A stretch of 64,000 bases of DNA from a virus (IMGVR_UViG_2888103098_000001:1566-65565); one strand, 5' to 3'; numbered from the stretch's first letter, positions 53,919 through 63,469 are shown. The notes: generated by a model not told the origin, from the letters alone. Made by a program: numbers and translations.

Positions 53919-54608
53919 TTAGGCGGCCTTCTTGCCGCTCTTGGCCGAGGCGGCCTCGTCGATCACCTCGTAGCCGAAGACGCCGTAGTCCTGGCCCGAG
54001 CCCTTCTTCGCGACCGCGACGAGCCGGACCGGGAACGCCTTCTCCGCACCGACCTTCGGGTACTGCTCCTTCAGGAAGGCGCCGAACGCCTTGGAGTTCA
54101 TGTACGAGATCGAGAGGCCGACGATGGTGCCGGCCGGGACCGGGCCACCCTCCTTGCGGTTGTAGTCCTGGAGCAGCCGGACGGGCAGCTCGATCAGGTC
54201 GGACGGGTAGGAGTTGCCGTCCATCTTCTTGCCGTCCGCGATGACGGCGGACCAGTTCTGACGCGACCGGGCCTCGGTCACACCGTCCCAGGAGGTGAGG
54301 TACTGCACGCCCGAGGGCGTGTTCACGCGGAGGACGTAGCCGGCCTTGGCGTCCTTGAAGGCCATCTCGACCTCGATGGCGTCGTGGAGCTGCTTGTCCT
54401 TGCCGAAGCGGATGCCGAGGTCGGAGACGGAGAGGTAGACCTCGACGTTCATGGACGCGCTGTCCATGAAGTCCATCAGGGAGCGCGACTGCCCGGCGGC
54501 GACGGGGGCGCTGGCGGCCGGGGCAGCAGCCACGGCGGTCGAGGTGGCGGGGGTCTGGTCAGCGGCCTCGGAAGCGGCGGCGAGGGCGCGAGCGATAGCG
54601 TCGGTCAT
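53919..54608 (-). CDS. Replication-associated protein, possible ssDNA-binding protein
   Basis: Highly biased codons; own promoter and terminator; lies between helicase and flap nuclease. Confidence 0.5.
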   Translation of the reverse strand: MTDAIARALAAASEAADQTPATSTAVAAAPAASAPVAAGQSRSLMDFMDSASMNVEVYLSVSDLGIRFGKDKQLHDAIEVEMAFKDAKAGYVLRVNTPSGVQYLTSWDGVTEARSRQNWSAVIADGKKMDGNSYPSDLIELPVRLLQDYNRKEGGPVPAGTIVGLSISYMNSKAFGAFLKEQYPKVGAEKAFPVRLVAVAKKGSGQDYGVFGYEVIDEAASAKSGKKAA

Positions 54609-54676
54609 TTCAATTCCTAACTTGACTGGGACTTGGACTGGGAAATCGGTAGTACGTTTCTGACCACCGAGCATCG

Positions 54677-54705
54677 AGATAGAGGGAGATCTGCTAGTTG
54701 TCCAG
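54677..54705 (-). promoter_or_regulatory. Sigma70-like promoter CTGGAC-17-CTATCT flanked by two class A sites
   Basis: -35 at 54700-54705, -10 at 54677-54682; operator-like sites at 54651-54665 and 54740-54754. Confidence 0.55.
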
Positions 54706-54757
54706 ACCCTCTACCGCGATTGGGGAGGCTGCGGCATTCTGTCCGTTTCGTACAGAG

Positions 54758-56167
54758 CTACCACGGCAAAGCGACACGACCGCGCTCGACCAGCGTGGCA
54801 TCTTGCGACTTCCGCTTGGTGAGCCGCATGATGTGCTGGTCGATGCTGTCGGTGTAGGTGTAGACCTTGATGCGGAGCGCGGCCTGCCGGGCCTGGCGCA
54901 TGGCGCGCTTGTAGGCCTGGAAGAACGCGGTGTCCTGGTAGTCCATGCTGACGAACAGCACGTCCTGGACCTCGCGGCGCCCGCAGAACTGCCAGTTGTA
55001 GCCGCAGTCGGCGACCTGCGGCGAGCCGATGATCGTGTCCAGCTCGCCCGACCGGAAGGCGCGATCGACCTTCGCCGCCTGGGCAGGGGTGACCTCGCCG
55101 TTGATGATGCCAGCGCGCCGGCCGGCGTGCGTGGCTGCGTCGAGCAATTGGCGCTGCTGCGGGACGAGGGCGGCGTACGCCAGCATCGGCCGGCCGAGCG
55201 CAGTCATCTTCTCGCAGTCGCTGATGAACTCGGACAGCTTGCCCGGGGTCTCACCCCGGCAGATGTCCACGGTGCCGATCCCGCCCTCCATCAGGTTCGG
55301 GAACACGTTCGGGTGCTCCATGATCTGGCGGGCCCGGGTGAACGCCACGCCGGGCTTGGTGCCGTCGATGAAGAAGTTCTCCAGCTCCAGGATCGCCTCG
55401 TCGCGGAAGCGATCGTAGGCCTGGCGCTGGCGCTCGTTCATCGCCGTGCGGTGGACCTCGACGACGATCTCCTCGGGCCCATGCACGTCGGTCCAGAGGC
55501 GCTTGATCGAGTGCTTGGAGAGGATCGCCTCCAGGCGGTCGAAATTGCAGTGGCCGGTGACCTTGCCGGTCCACGGATCCACGATGTCGTGCATCTGGCT
55601 GAAGGCCTCGGGCGTGCCATAGTAGCGGGGCTCGATGATCTGCAGCGCCGGGTAGATGGTGCTCGGCCGGCCGTTGTAGACGGTGCCGGTCATCGGCACG
55701 AACCACAGGTCGTCGCCACGCTGGCGGCACCAGCGATAGAGCGCCTGGGTGCGCCGGCTCTCGTGGCCGCCAAACGCCTTGTGCCACTCGTCGATGTCGA
55801 TCCCCTTATAGTCGGCTGGGATGATGTCGGCGGTCAGCTCGAAGCGCTTGTAGCCCATGAGCAGGAGCTTCACCCGCGGGTCGGCGATGATCGCCGCGCA
55901 CTCGGCGGCCGTGCCATCGACGATCGCGACCTCGCCCGGGGCCCACTCGCCCCAGAGCATGGCCTCGTCATAGTTCTTGTCGAGCAGCTTCTTGGGCTGC
56001 AGCCATAGGGATTTGTGACCGTGCTTATCCCAGCGGGCACGCTGGAGCACGCAGATGGTCGGCGTCTTGCCGGTGCCGGGCTCGCCGCCGTGGATCGTGC
56101 GGCGCTCCTTGAAGAACAGCCGCCCCAGATCCTGGATTTGGTCGGGTCGAAGTTCTCGATCTGACAT
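54758..56167 (-). CDS. SF2 (SNF2-like) DNA helicase
   Basis: GEPGTGKT Walker A, IDEWH Walker B variant, MTGT, GYNWQ, QAYKRAMR. Confidence 0.85.
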   Translation of the reverse strand: MSDRELRPDQIQDLGRLFFKERRTIHGGEPGTGKTPTICVLQRARWDKHGHKSLWLQPKKLLDKNYDEAMLWGEWAPGEVAIVDGTAAECAAIIADPRVKLLLMGYKRFELTADIIPADYKGIDIDEWHKAFGGHESRRTQALYRWCRQRGDDLWFVPMTGTVYNGRPSTIYPALQIIEPRYYGTPEAFSQMHDIVDPWTGKVTGHCNFDRLEAILSKHSIKRLWTDVHGPEEIVVEVHRTAMNERQRQAYDRFRDEAILELENFFIDGTKPGVAFTRARQIMEHPNVFPNLMEGGIGTVDICRGETPGKLSEFISDCEKMTALGRPMLAYAALVPQQRQLLDAATHAGRRAGIINGEVTPAQAAKVDRAFRSGELDTIIGSPQVADCGYNWQFCGRREVQDVLFVSMDYQDTAFFQAYKRAMRQARQAALRIKVYTYTDSIDQHIMRLTKRKSQDATLVERGRVALPW

Positions 56168-56198
56168 GCTATGCTCCTAGATAGCTAGGGAGATAAAA

Positions 56199-56558
56199 AT
56201 GGACTTGAATATAGTCAGCATACATAATCATGGTGATGCAGATAACGAATATGTACTCTTGAAGGCCAGCGCTGATATAGACTTAAAGCATTGGGCGCTA
56301 TGCGATACTACTTACGTGTCAGACACAACAATCTCCAATACTCTGCGCCATTTTTACTGGTTCATATCCACCGAGGTAAGATCCGGAGAGTATGTTGTAC
56401 TATTCACTAAGAAAGGTAAATACATAAAGGATAAAGATGTAAATAATAACGTGATGCACAAATTTTATTGGAATTCAAACCAAGCAATTTGGAATAATAG
56501 TGGTGATGCAGCTGTGCTGTTTAATATGCGAACTTGGGCAGTCAAAAGGGCGAGATGA
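56199..56558 (+). CDS. AT-rich moron, lamin-tail-domain-like Ig fold (putative)
   Basis: NEYVLL...GEYVVLFTKKG...IWNNSGDAAVL resembles the LTD pattern; antisense to flanks; low GC. Confidence 0.55.
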   Translation: MDLNIVSIHNHGDADNEYVLLKASADIDLKHWALCDTTYVSDTTISNTLRHFYWFISTEVRSGEYVVLFTKKGKYIKDKDVNNNVMHKFYWNSNQAIWNNSGDAAVLFNMRTWAVKRAR

Positions 56559-56563
56559 CCTCA

Positions 56564-57082
56564 CTACTCTGGAACCAGGTCGGCCTCGACCGTGCCCGGC
56601 AGCGGCCCGCGACCGTGCCGGCGCGAGCGCTTCCCGCGGATCTTTTCGATGACGGCGGGATCCCACACGCGGGCCAGCTCGGTCTCGCCGCAGGCCAGCA
56701 TGTCGTGGCCAGTGTACTCGGCCAGCACGGCGAGTGTGGTCGCGACACCGCCGAACTCCTGCGCCGGCACGCCGACCGGGCGGTCGAAGACGTAGTGGAC
56801 GAGCTGCAGCGCTGCGTTGCGCCCCAACCCAAGCGACTGGGCCAGCTCCAGGCTCTCCTCGACGAAGCGAGCGACCCGCTCCTCGGTATCGGTGGGATCG
56901 TCCTTGGTGACCACATCGAGCCAAGCCTGGCAGCGGGCTTGGAAGGTGTCTTTGAGCTTCTCGACCTCGACGGCGATGCGTTCGAGCAGCTCGGCATAGC
57001 GTGGCAGGATACGGGGCACGATGTCCCGCGCCTTGCGGATCGCGGTCGCGAGCCTGGTCGGATCGTAGGGAACGGCGGTCAT
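56564..57082 (-). CDS. All-alpha NTP pyrophosphohydrolase-like (MazG superfamily) phage protein
   Basis: ERVARFVEESLELAQSLG...QEFGGV...GETELARVW. Confidence 0.55.
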   Translation of the reverse strand: MTAVPYDPTRLATAIRKARDIVPRILPRYAELLERIAVEVEKLKDTFQARCQAWLDVVTKDDPTDTEERVARFVEESLELAQSLGLGRNAALQLVHYVFDRPVGVPAQEFGGVATTLAVLAEYTGHDMLACGETELARVWDPAVIEKIRGKRSRRHGRGPLPGTVEADLVPE

Positions 57083-57663
57083 GGCTGCCTCCTGACGAGG
57101 TGATGGAGCTGGCGACGGCCTTCGGCCGCCCAGTCGTGGTCGGGGTCGAGACCCTCGGGGGTGAGGAGCGTGGCGCCGGGCAGCTTGATCGGCCCGGAGA
57201 GGATCAGGTTGCGGGAGCGCGGCAGGGCGGCCAGCGTCTCCATCTCGACCAGGTCGCTGGGCTCCAGGTCGGTGAGGACCTGCGGCGCGGCGTTGGTGAG
57301 GGTGAGCAGCGGCACGACGCGCTGCGCCTTCGGCCGCCTGAGCCCGAGCAGGCTTTCGATGATGCGGCCAGTCGATGGCGTCATCCGCACAAGCCGGTAC
57401 AACCAGGCCTGGTCCTGCGGGCGGACATGGTAGAGGCCGCCGTCCTGGTCCGGGCTCATCGCCCGGACGAAAGGGTGATCGAGGATCGGGCCCGGCTCGG
57501 GTTGGCCGAGTTGGTGCGGACAGATTAGCCAGCGTGGGGCGACGATCTGGAAGGGGCTCGTGAGCCCCTCCAGGCGAGCGTTGAGGCACCGGGCGCCGGC
57601 CCGCTCGTGCAAGAAGACGAGGTTGTCGTGCCGATGGAGGCCGTAGCCCGGTGCCGGGATCAT
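57079..57663 (-). CDS. Hypothetical protein
   Basis: ATGA-coupled on both sides. Confidence 0.6.
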   Translation of the reverse strand: MIPAPGYGLHRHDNLVFLHERAGARCLNARLEGLTSPFQIVAPRWLICPHQLGQPEPGPILDHPFVRAMSPDQDGGLYHVRPQDQAWLYRLVRMTPSTGRIIESLLGLRRPKAQRVVPLLTLTNAAPQVLTDLEPSDLVEMETLAALPRSRNLILSGPIKLPGATLLTPEGLDPDHDWAAEGRRQLHHLVRRQP

Positions 57664-57872
57664 GCAACACCCTGAGTGGTAGAGGAGGACTGGAGGCGCC
57701 TCGCGAGGAACCGGGTCAGGCACTGCCTGGTGAGCGGGTCGACGCGCATGCGGTCGTTGGCGGGGTCCGCCATGGTGCTGAGCCGGCCGAGCAGATCGTT
57801 GAAGCGATGCTTGGACGGCAGCTTGTGGTGGACTTGGATCAGCTGGAAATAAGGTTTGAGGTCTACGATCAT
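57660..57872 (-). CDS. Hypothetical protein
   Basis: ATGA-coupled. Confidence 0.55.
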   Translation of the reverse strand: MIVDLKPYFQLIQVHHKLPSKHRFNDLLGRLSTMADPANDRMRVDPLTRQCLTRFLARRLQSSSTTQGVA

Positions 57873-58327
57873 GCGGCTAGGTCCCTGTCGCGTGCTGCAG
57901 TGAGCAGCTCCTCCACGTTTATCTGGAGCAAGTCTGCGATCTTCTGGATCTCTGTTACTGTGAAATCGTGGTAACCCTGCTCCATGAGTGAGAGCTTGGC
58001 CCGGTTGGCGAAGGCGTGCTGCTTGCAGAACTCTTCGCTCTTCATCTCTGAGTTCAGCCGCGCCTCGGCGAGCTTGCGGCCGATGCGGACCTGGACCGGG
58101 CCGAGGATGGTCCGCTCCTGGTACTTCCGGTGGTAGTCGTGGCGCTGTCGTGGTCGTTGGGCGCGGCTGGCGTCGCGTTGCTTGCGCTCAGCCTCGGTCA
58201 GCGAGGCTGTGATGCGGGCCACATAGGTCCGCAGCGTGCTCTGCGTGTAGTTCGGCAATTCGTGGAAGATGTCATTGAGGCAATGACCCTTGAGGATCAT
58301 CGCCTTGACGTTTTGTTTCGCGCTCAT
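57869..58327 (-). CDS. XRE-family HTH transcription regulator
   Basis: IGRKLAEARL...LSLMEQG...TVTEIQKIADLLQINVEELL; possible second N-terminal HTH. Confidence 0.75.
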   Translation of the reverse strand: MSAKQNVKAMILKGHCLNDIFHELPNYTQSTLRTYVARITASLTEAERKQRDASRAQRPRQRHDYHRKYQERTILGPVQVRIGRKLAEARLNSEMKSEEFCKQHAFANRAKLSLMEQGYHDFTVTEIQKIADLLQINVEELLTAARDRDLAA

Positions 58328-58983
58328 GCTTCAGCGAGCCTCCGGTCGATCATGCGCTTGCGCGTGCCGTGGGCCGGGAAGCCGACGATGACCCCACGGG
58401 GCCGGGCGCGAGAGCACAGGTTGCAGGTCGAGCAGGTGACCTGCTCGGCGTAGGTGGCCGGGCAGACCGCGATCTCGCGGCCGGCCGGGGTGCGGTGGCG
58501 GCCACGGCCGGCGTCGGACGGCAGGACCGTCACGACGCTCATGTCCGGGGCCTCATCGAGCAGGGCGTCCGCATGGGCCGCGCTGTCGGTGGAGCAGTTG
58601 ATGTGGAAGCCGAGCTTCCGAGCTTCTCGGTACGTTTCGTACTGACGGCCGTGGGTAAAGACAATCGCCTCGCGACCGCCATTGGCGCGGGCCAGGGCAA
58701 GCACGTCGTCGTGCGCCGGCGGCAGGTCGCCAGCGGTGCCGTAGCGCCAGCGGATCCGCTTCGGCAGCGCGCGGATCAAGTGGCACAGCTGCTCCAGCGT
58801 GACCTGGTTGACGGCGGTGCCGGCGGTTAAGGAGCGCCAGAAGATCGAGCCCGGACCGTGCTCGGCGTAGCAGCCGGCACCGCGCAGGCCGCAGGAGGTG
58901 GGGCAGGTCGCGGCAGAGGCCATGACGGAAGGCATTGGTCCGAGCTTGCGGTTCTGGGATGCACGGCGGAAGTGGAAGAACAT
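58324..58983 (-). CDS. Cysteine-rich phage protein (gp88-like / radical-SAM-related, putative)
   Basis: CPTSC...GCYA cluster, GDL motif, C-terminal CPA...CSTCNLC. Confidence 0.5.
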   Translation of the reverse strand: MFFHFRRASQNRKLGPMPSVMASAATCPTSCGLRGAGCYAEHGPGSIFWRSLTAGTAVNQVTLEQLCHLIRALPKRIRWRYGTAGDLPPAHDDVLALARANGGREAIVFTHGRQYETYREARKLGFHINCSTDSAAHADALLDEAPDMSVVTVLPSDAGRGRHRTPAGREIAVCPATYAEQVTCSTCNLCSRARPRGVIVGFPAHGTRKRMIDRRLAEA

Positions 58984-59116
58984 GGTGATCCTCGCGAGCT
59001 GGCGGTACGTTTCGGACCGCGGGATTTGGAGGTGTGTCGGCCGCTGGGCTAACGGCGCTTGCTTGGCCTACCTATTTTTTCTAGTCTCTTGTATTAGCTA
59101 CAATTGAGGGGTCGAA

Positions 59117-60100
59117 GTGGATACAAATATACCGAACCCCGACGAACTTGAACAAACGGCACTCCGCATATACTTTGTCGCATTCCACCAAGTACTAAAT
59201 ATTATTGATGACCTATTGAATAAACATCAATTGCTTCGGGCTAAATTGGACGGACGATCAATAGTTGCCATTTCGGATGCCGAAAATTCCCGAACAACCG
59301 AAGATAACAGCGATGATATCGCAGAATACATTCGCTTGGCTCAGCCTGATTTGCAATTAAGCTACACTCTGATTCAGCAAAGTCAAGAACTTGGCCTAAA
59401 GTCTATTATCTGCAGAGAAAGCCCTTTTCTTCTTTTACTTGGTTCCGATGTTCGCAGCTGGGGGCACGACAAAGATTTTGCTGATCTGAGAACAATTGAT
59501 GCGGGCGATTTAATAAAAGTCGTGAATGCCATAAAACCAAACAAACTTGATGAAAAATTTTCGAATACGTTCAACGCTCTGCGACGAGGCCGGAACAAAA
59601 TCAGCCACCTGGGGCAATTCCGGGACCAGATTGATCCAATTTATCTGCTCGATATTTTGATCGATCAATATAGATCTCTCTATACCGATCGAACCTGGAT
59701 CCAAGATTTATTATTGTTTGAAAGCTCCCATCGCCATACCATTTTTACCTCCGCCCACCTATCTGACCAGAATAGTGCTCTATCCACATACGCATCAGTC
59801 GAGGATGCAACCACTCTTGCACAGCAAAAATTCTTACTAGGGGCAAGCAAAAATTGCAAACTCTACCGCTGCCCCAAGTGTCATTCCGGTGATTATATGG
59901 GGTTAGAAATGGGTATTGGAAGGACCCTTGCAGTCGAACGGCGCTCAACCAAAGCAAGTTGTCTGATATGCCTCGAAGAATTCTCTATCAAATATAGGCA
60001 ATGCATTTTCTGCCGTGAGCGCGTTGCTTTTATTGATAGAGGCGGCGACGAAGACATGTGTGGTTATTGTGGCGAGAAGTGGCGTGACCATCAGCCTTAA
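59117..60100 (+). CDS. AT-rich moron: HEPN-motif protein with C-terminal zinc ribbons (candidate Abi/RNase)
   Basis: QELGLK helix plus RNKISH (RX4H), then four CxxC pairs (CPKC, CLIC, CIFC, CGYC); antisense to flanks; low GC. Confidence 0.65.
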   Translation: MDTNIPNPDELEQTALRIYFVAFHQVLNIIDDLLNKHQLLRAKLDGRSIVAISDAENSRTTEDNSDDIAEYIRLAQPDLQLSYTLIQQSQELGLKSIICRESPFLLLLGSDVRSWGHDKDFADLRTIDAGDLIKVVNAIKPNKLDEKFSNTFNALRRGRNKISHLGQFRDQIDPIYLLDILIDQYRSLYTDRTWIQDLLLFESSHRHTIFTSAHLSDQNSALSTYASVEDATTLAQQKFLLGASKNCKLYRCPKCHSGDYMGLEMGIGRTLAVERRSTKASCLICLEEFSIKYRQCIFCRERVAFIDRGGDEDMCGYCGEKWRDHQP

Positions 60101-60108
60101 CCTACTTT

Positions 60109-60131
60109 CCCCGCCCGGACACCGGGCGGGG
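60109..60131. terminator. Hairpin between the convergent HEPN-like and rIIB genes
   Basis: CCCCGCCCGG-ACA-CCGGGCGGGG. Confidence 0.5.
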
Positions 60132-60142
60132 TGCTGCGCCGG

Positions 60143-61237
60143 TCAGACCTCGTCGGCGAAGACGATGCGCTTGACGTAGCTGTTGAGGACGCCCTGCTCG
60201 CCGTCGTGCTCGGTCTGCAGGATCAGGCGGTAGTTGCAGCCCTCATCGACCCGGACAACCGGGTAGATGCCGGCCGGCGGCCAGCCGCCCTCGACGGTCT
60301 CGACCAGGTCGCCGACCTGGGCCAGGAGCGCCGGCTGCTCGACCAAAGCCTCCTCCCGCTCGTCTTCCTCCTCGGGTAGGTCGTCCGGCTCCTGCTCGTC
60401 CTCGACACCCTGGTCTTGATCGACCTCGTCGAGCGCGGCGTCGTTCGGCGCCGGGAGCTGCGAGCGGGGCGTGAGGACCGGGCGGCCGAGGATGGTGGCC
60501 GCGTAGTCCTCGTCCAGCTCGTCGATCACCTCGTAGGCGCAGATCCGCATCTTGGTGCCCTGGTAGGAGAAGGGCACGGAGACCACGTCGTGCGGCCACA
60601 CGGCGATCAGCATGACCCGGTGCGCGTCCGAGCCGTAGTGGCTCTTCACGTAGTCCGGGGTGCCGACGTGCAGGCCGGTCGAGCAGCAGGCGTTCGGGTT
60701 GGCGTCGACCTTGTCCCGGTCCATGGCCGGCTTGTCGCCGATCATGTTTCGGAAGGTGCGGCCGGTGTGGCAGTCCATGTAGTCCTGGTTGACTGCCTTG
60801 TAGGCGACGAAGCGGCCGTCCTCCAGGAAGCCGAGCTGGCTCTTGTCGAGAAACACCGGCAGGCGCTCGATGGCGGCCTGGGTCGGGTTCTGCATGAGCG
60901 AGCCGAGCGCGTTCCAGAGCGGCGCGAAGGGCTCGCCGGCACGCTGGAACTCCAGAATGCGATCGACCCAGAGGCCGGTGAGCACCTGGCCCTTGAACAC
61001 GATGTCCTGGCCGATGAACGTGATGGCGCCGTAGCTGTCGCGCAGCAGCGCCTTGCGAACGTCGACCAGCGCCATGAGGTGCTCGGCGTCGTGGTCGCCC
61101 GGGGCCTGCAGCAGCTTGCGGGCCTCGTCGAAGCGCTCGTGCTCGCGGGTCAGCGAGTAGGGCTTGCCCTTCACGAAGAAGGTCAGCGACTGGTTGCAGA
61201 TGGTGAAGGGAAGACGAGCAAGCGAGGTCATAGCCAT
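60143..61237 (-). CDS. rIIB: rIIB-like protein
   Basis: LMQNPT...LPVFL...EDGRFVAYKAV...DCHTG...VDANPNACCSTGLHVG; directly downstream of rIIA. Confidence 0.85.
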   Translation of the reverse strand: MAMTSLARLPFTICNQSLTFFVKGKPYSLTREHERFDEARKLLQAPGDHDAEHLMALVDVRKALLRDSYGAITFIGQDIVFKGQVLTGLWVDRILEFQRAGEPFAPLWNALGSLMQNPTQAAIERLPVFLDKSQLGFLEDGRFVAYKAVNQDYMDCHTGRTFRNMIGDKPAMDRDKVDANPNACCSTGLHVGTPDYVKSHYGSDAHRVMLIAVWPHDVVSVPFSYQGTKMRICAYEVIDELDEDYAATILGRPVLTPRSQLPAPNDAALDEVDQDQGVEDEQEPDDLPEEEDEREEALVEQPALLAQVGDLVETVEGGWPPAGIYPVVRVDEGCNYRLILQTEHDGEQGVLNSYVKRIVFADEV

Positions 61238-61313
61238 ATCCTGTATGGTTGGTGGTACGAAATGGACAATGGAAGGCGGGCGCACCTGTCCCGTGGGACA
61301 GGTGCATTTGAGA

Positions 61314-63446
61314 CTACTTGGCGATCAAACCGAAGTAGTGATCGATGGCCTTTTGACCTTCCTTTGTGAAGGTATAGCCGCCGTAACCGTGCCGGGCGTA
61401 CTGCTGCCACTCGTTGTTGTTGAGGATCAGCGGCAGCATCGGATGGGTCTTCACGACGGCGTACCAGGCGTTCCGAACCGGCAGGGTCGGATCCTTGGCG
61501 ACCGTCTTGAGATCGGTGCCGGTCAGTTCGAGGAGCACGGCCGCCAGGCGGTCGTGATCGTTGTCGTCGCGGACCAGGGTCTCACGAGCCTTCGACAGCG
61601 CGATCATCTCGTAGAAGGCGTCGCGCAGCTGCTGCGGAGCCATGCCGAGATCGACCTTGCGGTCGCGGATCTGGCGCAGCAGCTGCGGGAAGCTGCTGTC
61701 GTTCCAGGGGATCGTCGGGGCGACCTGGGTCGGGTCGATCGCCTCGTCGAGCAACTCGACCAGGTGGTCTCCAAGGGAGATCCAATGGTCCAGCGGAGCC
61801 TCGTCCTCGCCCAGCACGACGCAGGTCATGCCGCTGCCGATCTTGTCTTCGAGGCCGTTCTTGCGCATCCGCCGCAGGATGCTCAGCAGCGGGTCGTTGT
61901 AGCGGTCGTTGAACTCACGGGTCTCACCCTCGAAGGACAGGGTGTAGGTGAGCTTCTTCCCGCGGCCGGCGATCCGCACGTAGAGCAGCTCGTCGTCGTG
62001 ATCGACCAGCTCCTGCCAGGTGGCGCAGGACGCCAGGTCCATGACCTTGCGGCGCTTGACGCTCTCGGGCCGCTTCTCCCGCTTGCCACGCTCCTGCTTC
62101 GGCAGCTTGATGTCGTCGAGCAGGACGTAGTCCGGGTTGCCCATCCGCTGCAGGGCGTAGGGCAGCTCGGGACGCTTGCACCGGACCCACAGCAGCTTCT
62201 GGTCGATGAGGCCAGCCAGCTCCAGGCGCTCCAGGGAGCGGCTGGTGTTGTGCTGAATGACGATCGTGCGATCCTGCAGCTCGGCCGGGTTGATGGTCCA
62301 GTCCGCCTTGAACGGCACCGGGGCGCCCGGGAAGGTGTTCCGGCCGCGCATCTCCGGCCATTTGGCCGCCTTCACGCAGCCGCTCGGGAACAGCTCGTCC
62401 TCGAAGCTGAAGCCGCGCCAGCCCAGCTCGCGGGCGACGTACCACTGGTTGCCGGGCAGCGTGCTGGCGATGTCGGTCGCCTTCCAGCGCGCCTGGAAGT
62501 AGGTATCGCAGGCGTCGATCTGAGCCTTGGCCGACCGGGTCCAGTCGACCTTGTAGGCGTCGAACAGCGCCTGCAGCCCGGACTGGGTGCGGTCGTCGTA
62601 CTGCAGGTTCTCACGCGAGGCGGACACCGAGATGGTGCCGATCTTGGCCTCGAACACGATGCAGGTCCCGGCGTCGATCATGTTCGTCGAGGGCATGTTG
62701 TAGGGGTCGATCGGGTACATGACCGGGCCGAGCATGACCTGCGGGCCGTCGAACGGCACGCTCTCCTTGCGGTAGACGGTCCAGCCATCGCCCTTGCTCA
62801 GCACCCGCGGAGTGCCGAAGTCGACGGCCGGGGTGATGACCGGCCGGGGGTGGAACGACCACAGCACGGCCTTGGCGTGCTCGTGGAAGCGGTTGATGTC
62901 GCTCTCGCGGACCGGGAAGGAGATCTCCAGGCCGGTGCCGCGATCCTCGGCATCGAGCACCCACTCACCCAGGAACGAGATCTGGATTTTGCCGGCTTCG
63001 GACACGCCGATCGAGTAGACCCGGCGGAACCCGCGGAAGCGGGAGATGACGGTGAAGGAGCCGGCGCCGTCCGAGCGCATGAGGTAGGCGAGCGCGGCCT
63101 TCGAGCCGAAGCCCCAGCCGCCCACGGCGTCATCGTCGCCGTCCTTCGTGCTCTCGCCGATCTTGGCGTACTTGTTCATCATGAACGAGTGCGGCAGGCC
63201 CGGCCCGAAGTCGCGGATCGTATACTGCGGGTTGAAGCGGGTCGGCAGCTCGATCTCGAACGGCTTCTTGGGGGGCGACACCTCCCAGGCGTTCGTGGCG
63301 TATTCCCGGACCGGGTAGACGATCTTGTCGGACACCATGCCGGTGAGCAGGGCGTAGACGATCTTCGCGTCGCCGCCGACGCCGGTCTGTTTGACCTGTT
63401 GCGCGCCTTCGCCAACGGTCTCGTTGAGAGCATGAACCATACGCAT
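61314..63446 (-). CDS. rIIA: rIIA-like protein (N-terminal GHKL/HSP90-type ATPase)
   Basis: PVREYATNAWE, IRDFGPGL, ESTK...GGWGFGSK GHKL motifs. Confidence 0.88.
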   Translation of the reverse strand: MRMVHALNETVGEGAQQVKQTGVGGDAKIVYALLTGMVSDKIVYPVREYATNAWEVSPPKKPFEIELPTRFNPQYTIRDFGPGLPHSFMMNKYAKIGESTKDGDDDAVGGWGFGSKAALAYLMRSDGAGSFTVISRFRGFRRVYSIGVSEAGKIQISFLGEWVLDAEDRGTGLEISFPVRESDINRFHEHAKAVLWSFHPRPVITPAVDFGTPRVLSKGDGWTVYRKESVPFDGPQVMLGPVMYPIDPYNMPSTNMIDAGTCIVFEAKIGTISVSASRENLQYDDRTQSGLQALFDAYKVDWTRSAKAQIDACDTYFQARWKATDIASTLPGNQWYVARELGWRGFSFEDELFPSGCVKAAKWPEMRGRNTFPGAPVPFKADWTINPAELQDRTIVIQHNTSRSLERLELAGLIDQKLLWVRCKRPELPYALQRMGNPDYVLLDDIKLPKQERGKREKRPESVKRRKVMDLASCATWQELVDHDDELLYVRIAGRGKKLTYTLSFEGETREFNDRYNDPLLSILRRMRKNGLEDKIGSGMTCVVLGEDEAPLDHWISLGDHLVELLDEAIDPTQVAPTIPWNDSSFPQLLRQIRDRKVDLGMAPQQLRDAFYEMIALSKARETLVRDDNDHDRLAAVLLELTGTDLKTVAKDPTLPVRNAWYAVVKTHPMLPLILNNNEWQQYARHGYGGYTFTKEGQKAIDHYFGLIAK

Positions 63447-63469
63447 TGGAGATCTCCTGAGAGCTGAGT

